Translations under genes and position numbers: made by a program
Notes under the pieces: model-generated
The model's input: only the letters and a program-made list of their open reading frames with translations
What the model was told of the DNA's origin: nothing
Databases searched by the model: none
Shown here: positions 27,001 to 42,000 of the stretch, in pieces
Layout: each line of letters starts with the position of its first letter
Position numbering within the stretch: the first letter of the stretch is position 1
Origin: Candidatus Omnitrophota bacterium
GTDB lineage: Bacteria; Omnitrophota; Gorgyraeia; Gorgyraeales; Gorgyraeaceae
Assembly: GCA_030691625.1 (NCBI GenBank)
Contig: JAUYDX010000042.1
Span: forward strand, 463 to 64,462
Length of the DNA stretch: 64,000 nucleotides
Direction of reading: 5' to 3'

Positions 27001-30000
27001 ATCGCCGAGGAAAGGCTTAGCCAGGTAAAGAGCCATAATATATTAAGGGTTCTGGAGTCGGAGAAGGCGGGGCAGACGGAGATATCCAGGAAGGTCACTG
27101 ATTTCAGGTGGGCAGATAGTTTCTCAAGGGGTATCGCGACAGGCACTAAGCTGGCTGGGGCGCTGGCTCAGCAGGGCCTTGCGAGCAGGGTAGATAAATT
27201 CAGGGAATATTTCATTCAGAAGGGTTTCATTGATGAGCATGGGAACCTTACAGTTCACGGCATGCTTTTCATAGAAGAGGTGTCAGCGTACCTGAGCCTG
27301 TCGCTTGACTTGAAAAAAATCATCAGCAAATTTATAGGTATAGAGTTATTGTCCGGTCAAGCTAAGCTTGAAGCAGGAGAACGACATAGCGACGCAGATA
27401 TTGAAAATGCTTTTAGTGTAGTAGAGGCTATGTATTTAAAAGGCGGGACAGACTTAAGTCTTTTAGGCTCCAGGCATTTTGGCATATTAGGCATAGCCAG
27501 TCTTATAAAGTTAAATAACGACCTTGGGTTAAATCCTGTTACAAAGGCATATATAGCAGGGCTTCAGAATGATGATAAAGATAAGGAGCTGGAGGCGCTG
27601 GAAGGCGTCCTTGGTAGATTAAAGACATCAGGCAACGCAAGCGAATACGGACAGTATATATCTGCGCTTCAGCGCATAATTGACACAAGGAAAGGGATTA
27701 TAAAGAAATTTGAGTCCAAGGACTCAAGGCTGACAGATATGATGAAGAATAACTATAGAGCAGCCAGGGCAATGGAAAGGTTAGAGGAGTTTAATAAGAA
27801 GGTAGGGGAATTAGGACCGAAGTTCAAAGAGGTGGGCATAACAGGAAAGATCAAGCTAGCTGTAGAGACTATCGGTATCAGGGATTTATGGAATCTCGGG
27901 CTCAGCATGGCATCTGTTCCTCTTATCATAAGCTATCAGAGGGCATCAAAGAATCTTGAGAATAAAGGCATCACAGGAAAGGAACTTGGAGAGCTTTCTG
28001 AATTGCTGAACGGCATAAATTATTTCAAGGAGGTAAAGATTTTTGAAGGAAAACGTACCCCAAAAAGGGAACGCGACCGGCTTTTTGATTTATATTTTTA
28101 TAAAGATAAAGATGGAAAGTACAAGAACCGAGGCGGCATAAATCCTTCTGCCCTGGATCCTTATGTATTATTCTTCAAGGATATGAAGCCGGATAAATAT
28201 AAGAATTTAATGAATTCCTGGGATAATTATAAATCCTTAGGATTATCCAGGGACTTTATAGAGGTAGTCAAGATGGAAAGGAATAAATTCCTGGATTATA
28301 TTGTAGGCGAGCTTAGAGGAAAAGACAATAAGGCAGTAGCCCGCGCAATAAGAGATATGGAAAGATTAACCCCTGGGCGCAATAAAGACCTTATGGCAAT
28401 AGGATGGAAGCCAGGACAGGCAGTCAATAAGGAGTCGATTGGAAAACTTGTTAGTCAGATTGCGGGGAGATTTGAGATTAAGAAAAAGGAAGATGTAGAA
28501 AACTTAATAAACAGGGCATTAGTAATCTATGCAGGACTTAGAGCAAATATCGAAGATATAGGCAATAATTATAAAAACGGCTTAAAGATATTAGGAGGGC
28601 GCCAAGTTCTGTTGCAGGTTCCAGGCGCTGATGGCAAGAAAAAAGAATTGAAAATAACTTTAAACCTGGTTGATTCTTATAGCATTAAGGTATTAGCCAA
28701 TAATGAATTTATGGATAAAGTCTTTTACATTTATAAGATGGGGAGAGAGTTAGATAAAGATGAGGATTTTGCCAAGTATTTATGCGGGGTAGAGCCGGTA
28801 AGCATGCCTCCGGAAATAGCAAGGCAGTTTGGGATGGAAGAAGGCATGCCCATGAGGGTACTTGAACTTTCCAAGCTTATAGGGATGGCGGAATTCCCTG
28901 AGACTATGGGCACATTAAAGAGCTTTATTGAAAAATTAACGCCTGAGATGTTGCCTGATGCTGATTGGAATAAGAAGAAAGATATATACAGGCAGAGGGT
29001 AAGCGCCATAGAAAAATTCCTGGATGGAGAGGGCCTCAGACCACAGGAATTACAAGCGAGAATGGTAAAGGCAATAGAGCTTTATGACGGCCTTATAGAA
29101 AGAGGAGTAGATAAAATAATAGCAAGAGAATTTTGCCTGAATGCTGAGAAATTAGAGGCGTTAAAAGAAGAGTCTAAGGGAAAAATTTTAGAAAATGCGA
29201 AGCGCTTGATAGATTTAGTTGCGGCTAAACAGGATAAAACAAAAGAGCAGGAATTGATACCCTATCTTAGTGACCTGGAAAGGCTTTCAAGGCCTGATTT
29301 TGATGCCGAGGCCTTTATAACCAGGGCAATTGAGATTATAGACATTGTAAAGGCGCACGCCCAAGCAGTTATAGACAGCGCAAAGGATAAAATAAAAGAA
29401 TTCAAAGATTATAATATAGTTATCAGGATAGAGCTTAATACAGGAAGGGCAACCATGACCAATGCCTATTCCAATGGATCAAGCAGTGATGATAATAGAT
29501 ATGTAGGCTTTGATATCAGGTTTGTCAGAGAGCTTATGGGTATCGCAGAGACAGCAGGGGCTGATTCTGAAATAATAAAGGATGAGGTACAGAGAAAGAC
29601 CAGGCATGAGTTAGGGCATCTGAATAAGAATATAAATTCATGGGACATAGCTACTTACCTGGGAGATGAGAAATGGCAATTGATAAAGGATCAAAATGGT
29701 GGATATGGAAAGGTGCAGAACTTCCTGGAAAATATATACAATGAGGTATTTGGCGTGAGTGATATAAAGATTGCCATTACAGAAGAGAATGTCAATGGCA
29801 GTTATTACTATATCTTAAAGCAGGTAAAGGGAAACGCCGGGCCAAAGGAAATGAAGACCAAGCAGGGCCTGAGGTTAGGCGGGCTCAATCTCATAGAGTA
29901 TCTGGCTAATATACAACTATACAGGGGCAATGAAAACGATACAAACGCATTTATAGAAAATATCGCCTATGCCCTGTGGTTTGATTTAAGGTACAGGCTT

Positions 30001-33000
30001 CCAGCGAGAGGAGACCTTAGAAAGCGCGCAATAGACCAGGTAAAGCAGTTGCAGGAGATTTCCTTATTAAGGTATTTCCTGCCGGCTGGTATGCGCGCCA
30101 AGTTCAATGACCTGGTGGCTGATAAGATTATCGAAATAGACAATAAGCTTGAGAGTGAAAAGGCGGAAAGGATAAGAAAGCCTCTTATGGCTCAGGAACA
30201 GGCTGTTCCTATTCAAGAGCCGGTAAATGTGTATCAGGGAATGAGTTTCTATGAATTCTTAAAAGCCCAGATAAGGGATTTGCAGGATGAGGAATATAGA
30301 AATCTTCAGGACCTGTTTGAAGGGACGCTTAGCAAACCGATCAGGGATAGGTTAATTGCTGAAGGCAGACTGGTCCAGGGCCAGCATGCGACAGCTTATC
30401 AGCTCTTAGATGGTAGATGGTTAAAGATATTTGATAATAAGAGCCCTGAGATAAATAAAAGGTCGTATCTAAGATATGAAGAAGGCAAAAGATCTTTAAC
30501 TCCGGATCAGGTCGTTCCTTACACTATAGAGAAATTCACGCTGGCTAACGGCAATATTAAATATGTACATGTCCTGCAAGAGAACTCTATTACAGCGAGA
30601 AATGAGATACAGTCTCTTATTAAGTCCCATAATGTTGAGGCGGCTGACAGGAAGATGATTAGATTGGAAGATGCCTTATGGAAATTAGGCGAAACCTGCG
30701 TATTTGATATTGAAGAGGGGTCAATATCAGTCATACTTGATAATATTTCAGGGGACGGCAAGGTTATAGATATCGCAAGCCTGAGGTTCAACAATGAAAA
30801 ACCAATAACCGAATCAGATATTCAGAGAACAATAGACAGATTGGACGCAGAATATAAAGCATTAAAAGAACAGATAGCCCCTGAAACTAAAGCTTCACCC
30901 GCGGAAACTAAACCAGCTGAACAGCCAGCGCCAGATGAGAATCTACTTGAACAGCCATTAGCAGAAGTTGCTACGCCAGAACCTGAAGCTAAGCAAGTTC
31001 CAGTATTGGTCCAGAAAGAAGACGAAGTTCTTATGAGCTTAGAAAAAGTGGTGAGAGATTTTTATAAAAGCGATAGCGTCAAAATGAAATCAATTGATGA
31101 ATTAGATGAAGCTAAATGGAACAGTATTAGGCAGGCATTGAAAACAGTTTTTAACGAGATAAATGAGTTAAACAAGCTATTGCCAAAAGCAAAACAATTT
31201 GATGAAGCAAGAGATAATATCTATCAGTACATGGTTTCATTGGCGAGCGTAGAGAATGATAGGTTAGAAAAAATTGTTAATAAAGCCAATCAGATTACTG
31301 ATCTTAAAAAGTTGCAAGCAATATTAAGCCAGGCAAATAACTTAAAAGATTTTATTGATTCTATAATAGCAGGCGGAGAAATAGGAGAAGGAAAAAGCTA
31401 TCAGCGCAGGAGAGCGGAAGGTATTATAAAAAACTTAGAATATCCAATAGGCAAAGCAGAAGGGAAGATTCGCGATGCTCTAAAGGAAGCAGATGTGTTT
31501 GAATTCATAGAAATACTTGAGTTAGGAAACGGTGTAAGTTTTGAAGAGATAGGTATATTATACAATAGGTTTATAGATGCAAAAAGGGGACTCTCTTCTA
31601 ATGGGCTAAATATTGATTTTAATACAATGCTCCAGATTGCGCATATCCCACAACTAAGCGCAGAACTTGCAGATATGCTTAGAAATATGTATGCCCAGGA
31701 TGAGTCTGGAAAGATAGGTGAAACGCCTGCCTCGCAAGCAAAGAAACCGCTTAGTTCCAATGAGGAGATGGCTGTCCAGGAAGCGATTAGAGACGCTGTA
31801 AAAGAGATAAAGACGCTTTCAGGAATAAAGGAAGCCAGGGATAGATCTATAATAGCCATAGACGCAGCAATAGCGTTAAGAGAAAAAGATTCCGGAGCGA
31901 GCGAGAGGTTATATAACCAGGCAGTCAGGGATATTATGAAGGCATTTATTGACGCACGGGGCACAAGAGGGCCTCCGTTTAATGTCACTGAAGACGAGAT
32001 ACTCCTAAGCCCGCGCATAAGCTATATACTTAACAACATGCTGTCTCTCCTAGACAAGGAAATCAAACTTAATAAAAAATACACGCCAGAAGAAATACCC
32101 GGTTTTATAGATAATACGATTGAAAAAGCAATTGAGATAGACGCAAGCGACCCAGAATACCGTAAATTCGCAAAAGAGATTATCCATGACACAAACTGGC
32201 TGAGGCAGTGGATACTTCTCAGGCGTATGGGTATAAGCTATGTTAAATTTATCAGAGGAGATGATGAGTCTAGGGAGACCATGATAGTGGGAGCTGTGGA
32301 CGGAAGCAGGGTCAATGGCATGCATTGCGCAGTTCAGGGCGCAGCGGAATTAATGAATGACGAAACGAATCATAAGTTATTACGAGAAAACCTTGCCCAG
32401 CCGCAGCTGGATTTATTTAAATCAAAACTTAATAACCAGGGCAAGGTAGCCATTGATATTATCGCGGCAGAGATTGCTAAAAGGATTATCGATGTAATTA
32501 AAAATCCAAGGGCTGAGAGAAATAAGCACGTAAAAATAAACGAATTCTTATCTAACCTGGCAAAAGGCGATATATCTTTTCTGCCTATGCACCTTGTTCT
32601 TAATGACGCTTTTGGCGTGCCTACAGTAGCCGCAAATGTGTCTCCGGATAGATTAAGCGAAACCTCAGGACTTGTGATAATGAATGTGTTAGGAGAAAAA
32701 CCAGATGGGGAACTCGCTCCTCATCATTTACCAGGAAAGGCCGGCGGGTATATAAATACCGAGACCGGTAAACCTGTAATAGTCATAAAGGTAGGCAATA
32801 AGCTATACGGCATTGAACCAGAAGAATTATCAAGGCATTTTGAACCAGTCCAGGGACTGAATATTCTGGGCCTGCCGTGGGTCATAAATAATATAAGAGG
32901 AATAATGCCGTTAACTTTGGGAATGATGAATAAGGTTAATGGCAGCGCAGAGGTTACAGTGCCATGGAAAGGGCTTATACCTTTTGATCAGATTAAATAT

Positions 33001-36000
33001 GAGCCAATAGAAAAAACAGGGCGCCTTGGAGTTAGACCTGCCAGTCTAATATCGGTCTCGCCCCCGCGAGCCGTTCCAGGCGCCCCTGTTTCTAAAAATA
33101 TCTATGCATTTTTATTCCTTGGAAGTTTTGCTTTGATGTGGTGGATAACAGGACTATCCGAAGAGACTAGATTATTTTCTAATGACTTACTGAAGCTTAG
33201 ATTATTGATAGGTACCGGCATTGCGGTATTTTTTGGAATTTTGGCAGGCGCATTAAATAAATTATTTAAATCTTCTGAAAGTATCGTTAATAAGTATAAA
33301 GTTTCTTATACTATACCAAAACTAATTACCCGTATAGGAGTTGCAGCTGTTCTAGTGGAGATAGGGTTATTCAGGAGGCATTTTTATTTTGATGGATCTG
33401 TTGAAATGTTTGGGACAGTTAATCCTAAAGCCTATTTGAATTTCTCCAAAGGTAGTTTATTATACATAATAGATCATGGTTATTTTAATGATTTTATTAT
33501 CTTTTCTTGTTATACAGCCGGAATATTCTATATAATTTTATCTACTAGAGTGCTTTCAAATATTTTTGGAGCACTGCCTTCGATTAAAGATCTTATTTAT
33601 CGTAAGTCCTATGTGCCTCTTAAAAACATATTAGATATAGAAGAATATAAATTTTTTATAAATATTGCTGGCTTCTTAGGAGCATCTTTTATGGTATTTT
33701 TCATATGGTTTACTAACATAATAGATGAGTTTACTCAACGAGGGTCTTTTCTATTTGAGCATAGCATTCATCCAGAAGGGACTTATGATCCATTTGATCT
33801 GTTAGCCTATACTTCAGGCGCTGCGCTTAGTATGCTTTTGGCAAAATGGTTATTTGGTATCAAACGCAATAATCTACCTGCTTTGACCAGTACTTCTGAA
33901 AGCGGCGTTGTTGATGCGGATAAAAAGACACAGCCTGCAGAAGCCACTGTTTCTGAAATCAGCGTTGTAGGCATTCTTCTTTCCAAGCCAAAGCTAATAG
34001 CGAGACTACTGGGCCGGCGCGAACCCTGCGGGACAGGCGCTATAGTCGGGGAGAATGACAGTTCCTTCTTTGTACTGACAAATCATCATGTGGTTAGAGG
34101 GCTTAAAAAAATAGAAATATTTATTCCTAATAAGGAACGCGAGATAGTGATTCCAGCGAGCCTTGGGGCTTATACGAGATGGGGCGATCTGGCTTTACTT
34201 AAAGTTCTGAAAAAAGATATGCCTCAGGGTACTTCTTTTAAAGTAGGCGCTTTTGCCGATCCTCAAGGTTTAAAGGTATATAAACCCCTTATTTGTCAGA
34301 TCCTTGCTCCTGATTATTATACGGGCGCGGCGCTTATTGACACAAAACTGGATAGAATTGAGGCAAGGGCTTGGGGATCATCTAATACCCTTATTATTTC
34401 ACATAAGACATGGCCTGGGGCAAGCGGCGCGCCGGTTTTAGATGAAAATGGAAACATTATGGGAATAAATAGGATAACTATTGACAGGACTTCTGAAGCA
34501 ATTCCTTTAGATACAATAATGAAATTCCTCAATAGAAATTCTGTGCCGGGCGTAAAGATAGAATCGGCATCTCCGCGAGCCGTTCCAGGCGCTCTTGCAT
34601 CTGGAGGGACGGCACTTGACGCAAAGCGGTTTATAAAAGACCTGGAGAAAATGTTTAAAAGACAAGCTAAGAATATAGGGCAAGCTGTCGTATTAATAGC
34701 GCAAATGGTTTTTATGAGCTGGGTTGCCTGGAATAAGTTAGCGCCTATTATTCAGCGCATAGATATTGAGCATACTCTTTATTTAGGCGGGCTGGTATCG
34801 TTACTGATAGGTTTAAGTCTATTACTTATAAAAGAGGTGCGCTCTTTCCTGGGGTATACAAGAGAAGAAGAATACGCTGAAGAAGAAGAGATTCAAAAGC
34901 CAAGCATTGAACCGCCTAGCGGCCCGACAACTAAGATATCTTCAGGAGAGACTATAACAGTAACAGCAGCTGCTGGGTTAGGCATAGCTGTTGCTTTATT
35001 GACTCCCGCGCTATTACCTGCTTACGCAATCGGCATATCCGCTATCTTATTTATGAAATATTACATAAATCAGCAATTTAGTTTTGGCGGAGCAGGTGCT
35101 ATTGCGCTGCCAGGGCAGATGGGATGGAAGTTGCCTGGAATTACAAAAGAGAAGCCGCAGCCAGTGGCAGAGAAGCCAGGCGGGATTATTTCAGAAGAAT
35201 CTTCTGCCAGGTCTCCTCCGATTGTTTCTACGAGAAAGATTTCCGCTATTGCCATCTCATTGGGCATATGGTCTGTGTTAGCGTATTTAGGCACAGATCT
35301 TCTGACTGATTTTATCTCATCCTCTATCCCTGTCAAAGGCGAACTTACAGATATATATCAATATATATTGGCGTTTCAGGCGGCTGTGATGCATACCGTT
35401 AATGGCCTGGTGTGGTTTTTCGGAAGCGTGGCTGTATTATTGGCGAATATAACCGTCGCAGCCCGCATGGCATTCTATTTGAGGCCTACCAAAAAATTAG
35501 CTGAAGACTGGGCATCGAAGGTCAAGGGATTTGAACTTGGGCTTGAATCATTCAGGGCGCAAAATAAGGTATCAGGATTATTGGGCGGCATAGCGCACAT
35601 ATTCGTATTTGACCTGTCAAGGACAATGTACGGCTTTGCAGGCAGGAGCTTTGATAATCTTATCAAGATATATCTGGGTATAAAGCCAAAAGAAGAAATG
35701 ACGATGTCTGAAAGGATCTTTGCGGCAAGGGGCAAATCTTATGTTGCCCAGGCGTCATTATTACCGTTATTTGGGGCAGTGGGAATAGCATGGTCCAGGA
35801 TTAAGCTTAAGATATACAGCACTGTTACGCAGGTTATATTAATCAGCGCAGGAGGATTAGTAGCCACAGGCGTTGCATGGATGATAGGCGCTGAGCCAAA
35901 TGATTCCTTATCATGGCTTAGCGCGGCATTGAACTTTAATTTATTGACGCAATCTAAGCCAGCCCTGCTCGCGGGGCTTATCCTTACCCTGCCTTTAGCC

Positions 36001-39000
36001 AAGCGCAGCAAGGTATTTAAGTGGATATCAGCTCTTATGGCAGGCGCGCTTATGATACAGGGTTACATGGGCATTGACTGGGTGAGGGCAATGCTGGATC
36101 AAGGCGCTGGGATAAGGGGAGCAATAGTCCATATCTTTTCAGGTTTGGCCATGGCGAGTTCTTATACCCTGGCAGTGGCTTTGGCAACTGAAAGGCGCGC
36201 AAAAATACTTAGCGCTGAAGCTAGGCAGAAAGGCCAGAATTCCAATATTATCCTGACGTTTTTAATCGCGTTAAAAGAGCTGTTTATATTTAAGAAGTCA
36301 ATACCTATTAATGCCAAGGGGGATGTAAAGGCCACTATATGGCGGGCAGCTTTTGGGTCTGCCATAGGCATACATACTGTCAGCCTTGAGATAGAACTGT
36401 TTAAGGCATTTGGCGAGTTTAATAGCTACCTGAGGACTCTTATACTCAAGGTGGAAAGCCAGGAAGGAGTGCTTGGTATTGGAGATAAATTGATCAGCGC
36501 TCCGCTGGAGCCATTTGGCCTGGACATTAATCAGATTACAGCTCATTTGCCAGGGACATCCGGCATGACAACAGAGGAGATCGTAAACATAAAGAAACTT
36601 GAAGATATGGCTGACAGTAAGACAAGGCAGCTTAAGTGGATGCTTGAAGACGCGAAGAAACTTGAGGATAAAAAGCTTCTTAGCGGAGAAGATGTCAGCA
36701 GATGGAGAGAATCTGTTGAGGCAGAGATCGCGCGGTTAGAGCAGGAATTAAGGCATATTGAGGAGCGGTCAAGGGGCTTATTGGCGCTAGAAGAGAAAAA
36801 ATCGTTAGAGAACAGGATTAAGGAGCTTTCAACTAAGAGGGGCGCGCTTGAGACAATCAAACTCAGGATAATAAACAATAATTTAGCAGGATATAGAGAT
36901 TTTGCCAGGGTGACATTCCAGGAGATATTGCAGGCGCAGATGAGTTATGAACAGCTCGTAAATAAGAGCCGTATGGAAAGGGCTGTGAAGCAGGAGGAGG
37001 CTATTGCGGGAGAAAGACAGAAAGAGCCAGTCCCGGCAGAAAAGAAAGAAGAGCCTGCTGTAAAGAAAATTGAGCAGGCGCCTCTTGCGGCAACAGCCGC
37101 AGGAGCTGGTTCAGGCGGAGGCGAACCTGGAGGGGAAGGCGGGCCTAAGATTGATATAGGCCAGGCAACACCGCCTGTTATGCCTACTAGTACAGCAATC
37201 AGTAGTCAGGCAGAGCGCGATCAAGATACTGAAAGACGGGTGCATGGGCCTATGGCAGAGGAAGAGATGCCGATACTTGTAGAGCAGTCACAGGTCAGGG
37301 TTCAGCCAGAAGTTAAACAGCAGATAGGAGAGGGCAGAATACCTGATGTCTCTTTAAGTGATATGCAAAAGGATATCCTAGACCTATTGCCTTCAGAATT
37401 TGCGTCGCCTTTGACCTTGATCCCGGACCAGGCAGCGAGAAGGGCGTTTGATGAGCGCCTGAGCCAGGAAAACGGGCCTCGGCAGATGGTTATTGACGGG
37501 CCTGTGGACAGGGTAACTGAGCAGTATAAAGTTAAGGTGGATGGCCTGGAAACGGCAATGGAATTCTATATGATTGATGCGGAGGCGGTGAACAGGTTCT
37601 ATGAGAATAATGCCAAGGACTTTGTTTATTTCAAGATACTTAATGAAAACGGCGATGTTATAAGGACATATAATTATAGAGATCATAAATACGAGATACT
37701 CCAGCAGAATGACTGGTTTAAGCAGGGAAGATATAAAGCGATACAGGTCATTGACGGCAAAGAAAAAGAAATACAGACAGTTAAACAGCTTGAAAGGCAG
37801 GGCAGGATATTCTGTTACGATATAACAAAGCCGTATTATAAGCCAGGCGAATCAAGGATTGATTTCAGGAGGACAACAAAGGCAGAGCTTATGGCAAAGG
37901 AGCCTGAAGCGCTTAGGGTGTTCTTTGTGCCCGGAAACCAGAAGATAGACGAGTCTAAGGCGGCTACGCTGAATGACATTATAGCGCTTGGCGCAAAAGA
38001 GATTATAGGCGGCCAGAGCGCGTACATGGCTGAACTTAAGATAGCCATGTTTGACAGGGATACAGCTCAGAACAGGGTATATATTGAGAAGCTTCTGAAC
38101 GATGATAAGGGCAGTATATTTGGAGCTGTTCCTACTGACAGCCGCATAAGGGCATTGAAGACAGATCTGGGAATAAGCATAGCCAAAGACTTTGTGCTTT
38201 CTGTCAATATAGACAGACAATACAATCTTACATGGATCTGCTACAAAGTAGTCGAAAAAGCCGGAGAGGTGGTGTATAAGACAGCAAAATGGGAAAACGG
38301 GAAATGGAAGGATACGGGTGTCCAATATAGACTTACCGATGAAAAGAAAAGAGAGGGTTATGACAATGCCGCGGATGTAGCCATAGATGACATAGAAAAG
38401 AACATGAAGGTGCTTTCTGAGGATAATATCTGGTATGATTCTGAAAAATTCGGCGGGAGAAAGGCGCTAAAGATAGTAAATGGCAATACAGGGGATGAGG
38501 TCCGCTATCATTCACAAGAATTGACCAGGCAGAAAGAAAGGATTGAAAAGCAGAAGGTGTTAGTGAACCTTATTGTAGACAGCGCGCGTTCAGGCAAGGC
38601 GATCAATGAGGCAAAACTTACATTCCTTGGCCTGAACAGGTCTCAGTGGGCCACTATTATGGACGGTCAAAGGGCAGATAGATACGCTGAGATGATGGAA
38701 GGATGGGGCGGAAATCTGGGCACAGGAGAGGTATTTAACCAGGATAAAGATATGCCTATAGGAATGGCATTGCCTTTAGAAATAGCCTCAAGGACAGGGC
38801 CTTCGCAGTTCAGGATGTTCTTTGACAGGTTTAATAACCAGATTGTTTACGGCGCAAAGGCATTCAGCTACAGGATAGCTCTTATAGATAACCTTATAGA
38901 AAATTCTAAAAAGATAGCAGATGGCGCTGAAAATGGAATGGCGATATTTACAGTGAAGTATTCAGGTCTTGATGTGGTAAAGACAGGCCAGGACGAGTTA

Positions 39001-42000
39001 AAGGCCTGGGAATCAGAGATAGTCAGGATGGTTGAAAAGGCTGGTTCGCTAGAGGCATTAAAGTATGACGAGGCATCTGACAGCTTTGAATTTGCAAGGG
39101 TCATAAAAGAAGACAATAAAGATGTGGAAAGACAGCTTAAGCTTACCAGGGTCTATGGCCTTAAAGGAGCGGAAAAGAATGTAGAAAAGATAAATGATAA
39201 ACTGATCAAGGCCAGGATGTTCAGCGAGTCGCTTAAGCTGGAAGACGGAGGCGTGATAATACAGGATATTTCAAAGACTTCTTATGAGACAAGGAAAGGC
39301 ATAGATGAGGCATTAAAATACCAGATAAAGCTTACAAGGCTTCTCGGCCTTATAGCCAATGAAGCTGAGTCAGATCCTGCAAGGGCTGTCAGGATGTACA
39401 AGATGCTTTTCTGGGGCAGGGCTGACGTGGAGCTTCCAGCCATAATAAATACATACCTTAAAGATGGAAACGGAGCAGCCCTTAAGATCTTACTGAGCAA
39501 TATACCGGAGAATTTCTCATGGAGCTATTACACCACTATTGACACTAAAAAGGTAAAGATAGGCATAGTATTCCCGCAAAAAGGCCTGGCAAGGGAGAAT
39601 GAAAAAGGCGACAGGTTCTACGGGGATCTAAGGCCTAGCCTTGAAAAGGGTTATAAGGTTTTTGATGTCTATGACCTGCCAAAGGAACAGGCCAATAGAA
39701 AACTTTTATGGACAGAATATCAGGATTCGCTTGGCAGGCGCATAGCGAAACTTAATGGCACAGAGCTTACTATCATAAAGGAATTTGTAATAGGCACCAA
39801 TATCGCCAAAAAGACTGTTACCATAGACTTTGACAGGCGCGATCCGGAGCGCAATTACCTCGCTACAACAAGAGAGCTTGAATGTCAGGATGGGATACCC
39901 GTTATAAACCCAAGAACACCGGGCAGGCTGCATTACACCAGCCACATAAGCGGCGAAGACTTTGATGTGGAAGAATACCTTGATTATAAAGGCAGGCAGG
40001 CTGAGATAGTGAGGTTCGCGGATACCGCTTCCGAGAGGATCATCAGGAATACGCTTTTTGCCCCGTATGGCGAGGATTATATTAGCCTGCAGAGCGAGAC
40101 AGAATATAATGACGCAAGCATTGTCTATATGAGGTTTAAATCTATCCTGCCGGACAAAAGCGTGCTTTACGATGTGTCTGATAATCCTGATTTTGACGCA
40201 CAAAAAGGCCATGTATGGCAGGAAAACTATAGCTCCACAGGCAGGTCTTTAAAAAGCCAGGTGATAGAATTCGCTGCCAAAAATGACATTGCGCCCAAGT
40301 CAGCGGAATTTGAGGCTGTAAAGACGCGCTTAAAGGCCAGTATCCAGACTGAGCTTAATAGAGGCGCTATCGGCAAAGACCGCAACCTCGCCATTATAAT
40401 GAAACTTGCGCCGGCCCTTAACGCAAAGATCGTATCTGAAAACGCCGCGCTTAGTCCGGAAAAAGAAAAGCTTCATACTGTATTGAAAGAAGAGGATATA
40501 GGCGATATAGACGGCTTTGTGAATTATTTATTCGACCAGGATGCTGCAAAAATTAAGGAGAGCGAGGCGAGACGGCTGTTGCATTCCAGATACGCTACTG
40601 TTGTGGCAGATCTGTACTTCAAGGCAGCGATAAGGGCAATAACAGGCCAGAGCGGAGATTATGATTATGAATCTGCGTATGTATATTATAAGCTTTTAAT
40701 AAACGGCGCGTATAGAGGCAGAGCCGAACAAAGGATTGATAGGGGCATAAGAGAGACCATAGCAGAGCTAAGAAAACTGGAAGGACTTAATAAAGATACG
40801 CCAGGGCTGCTCCAGAATAAGGCAGTGCTTTTAAATCAGCTCAGGTCCAGAATGCTCATGACCTCTCCTGAAACCATCTACTGGACTTTCTACGATCTTA
40901 TAAATGACAGGAATATGCAGATACAGTACAGCCCTGAGGATATAATCCGTTACAGGCCAGAAGGCGAAAATATGTTCTTTGAGCTGGTAAAGCTGGAAAG
41001 TTCTCAGCTAAGCCAGGACGGAATGACCATCACCTTTAATAACACGGTTTATTACGCAAGGCTGAGCCTGGAGGAAATAAGAGGGATAGCTAACGGAAAA
41101 GAAATAGCGCCAAAGACCGGAATAAGGCATGAGGTAATGACATATGATAAGAGGTCTGAGAGGATGACCAGGCAGGAGGAGACTGAGAATATAAACGGGA
41201 ATAAGATACCTACAGTGCGGCTCACTGCCTCTACAGGGCTTAAGACAGACCCGCAGTATACATTGAGCCGGGAGGACTTCACTCTCTTAACCAGGCATTA
41301 TTATATCCCTGGAACTAATATAGAGAAATCATTCGAAAAGATAAGGATCGGGCCTGACAATAAGAGGGTTGTCACAGAGCAGGGAGCTGTTGACACAGCA
41401 GGGGATATCGTGAGCCTTAATAGATCCGCTGAAATGCCTATGACAGGCATTATGATATTTGAATTCATGAAGGTGGATAAGGCGAGGTTGAAGATTGATA
41501 ACGCGGTTAAGCTTATAGAGGTCCTGGACGCAAACAATATCCCTGACGGCGCAGAGATATTATTAGAGCGGCATGTGGAATACGGAAAAACAATGGACCC
41601 TGACGGCAGTAACGCGAGGGTAAAAGAAGCTGGTTTAAAATACAAAGATAAGGAATTAAAGCCAGGCATAGACATGAGGACGTTCTGGAAATGGGAGCAG
41701 AGTAATACCAAGATGCAGCCGCTTAAAGAAGGAGAGCCAAACCAGGTAAGGTATAAGGCAAATCAGGAAGTTGTCGAGAAGGATATTCGCGAGCGTGCTG
41801 TTACAAGCGTGCCTCATAAGGTAACAGGCGATAGAACAGAGGATAAGCTTACGCGCGAAGCAGCATTCAATCAGACAAGAGACGCTTATAAAAAGGCAAG
41901 CTTCCTGAATGCAGAAGGCAGGGATTATGCAGACTGGGTGTTTAAGTTTGATATGTCGTGGAGAAATATTATCAACGCGTATCTTGATAAAGACACCTCA

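Noticed and set aside
35084-35309. + strand ORFs in frames 2 and 3 (35084-35281 and 35124-35309), and the other short + ORFs at 2780, 13727, 15725, 46481, 47201 and 50157
   Set aside because: They are short (76 aa or fewer), fall inside the frame-1 giant ORF, and the 35-kb pair simply reflects a GC-rich, low-stop-density linker region. Their translations are Arg/Gly-rich nonsense with no motifs.
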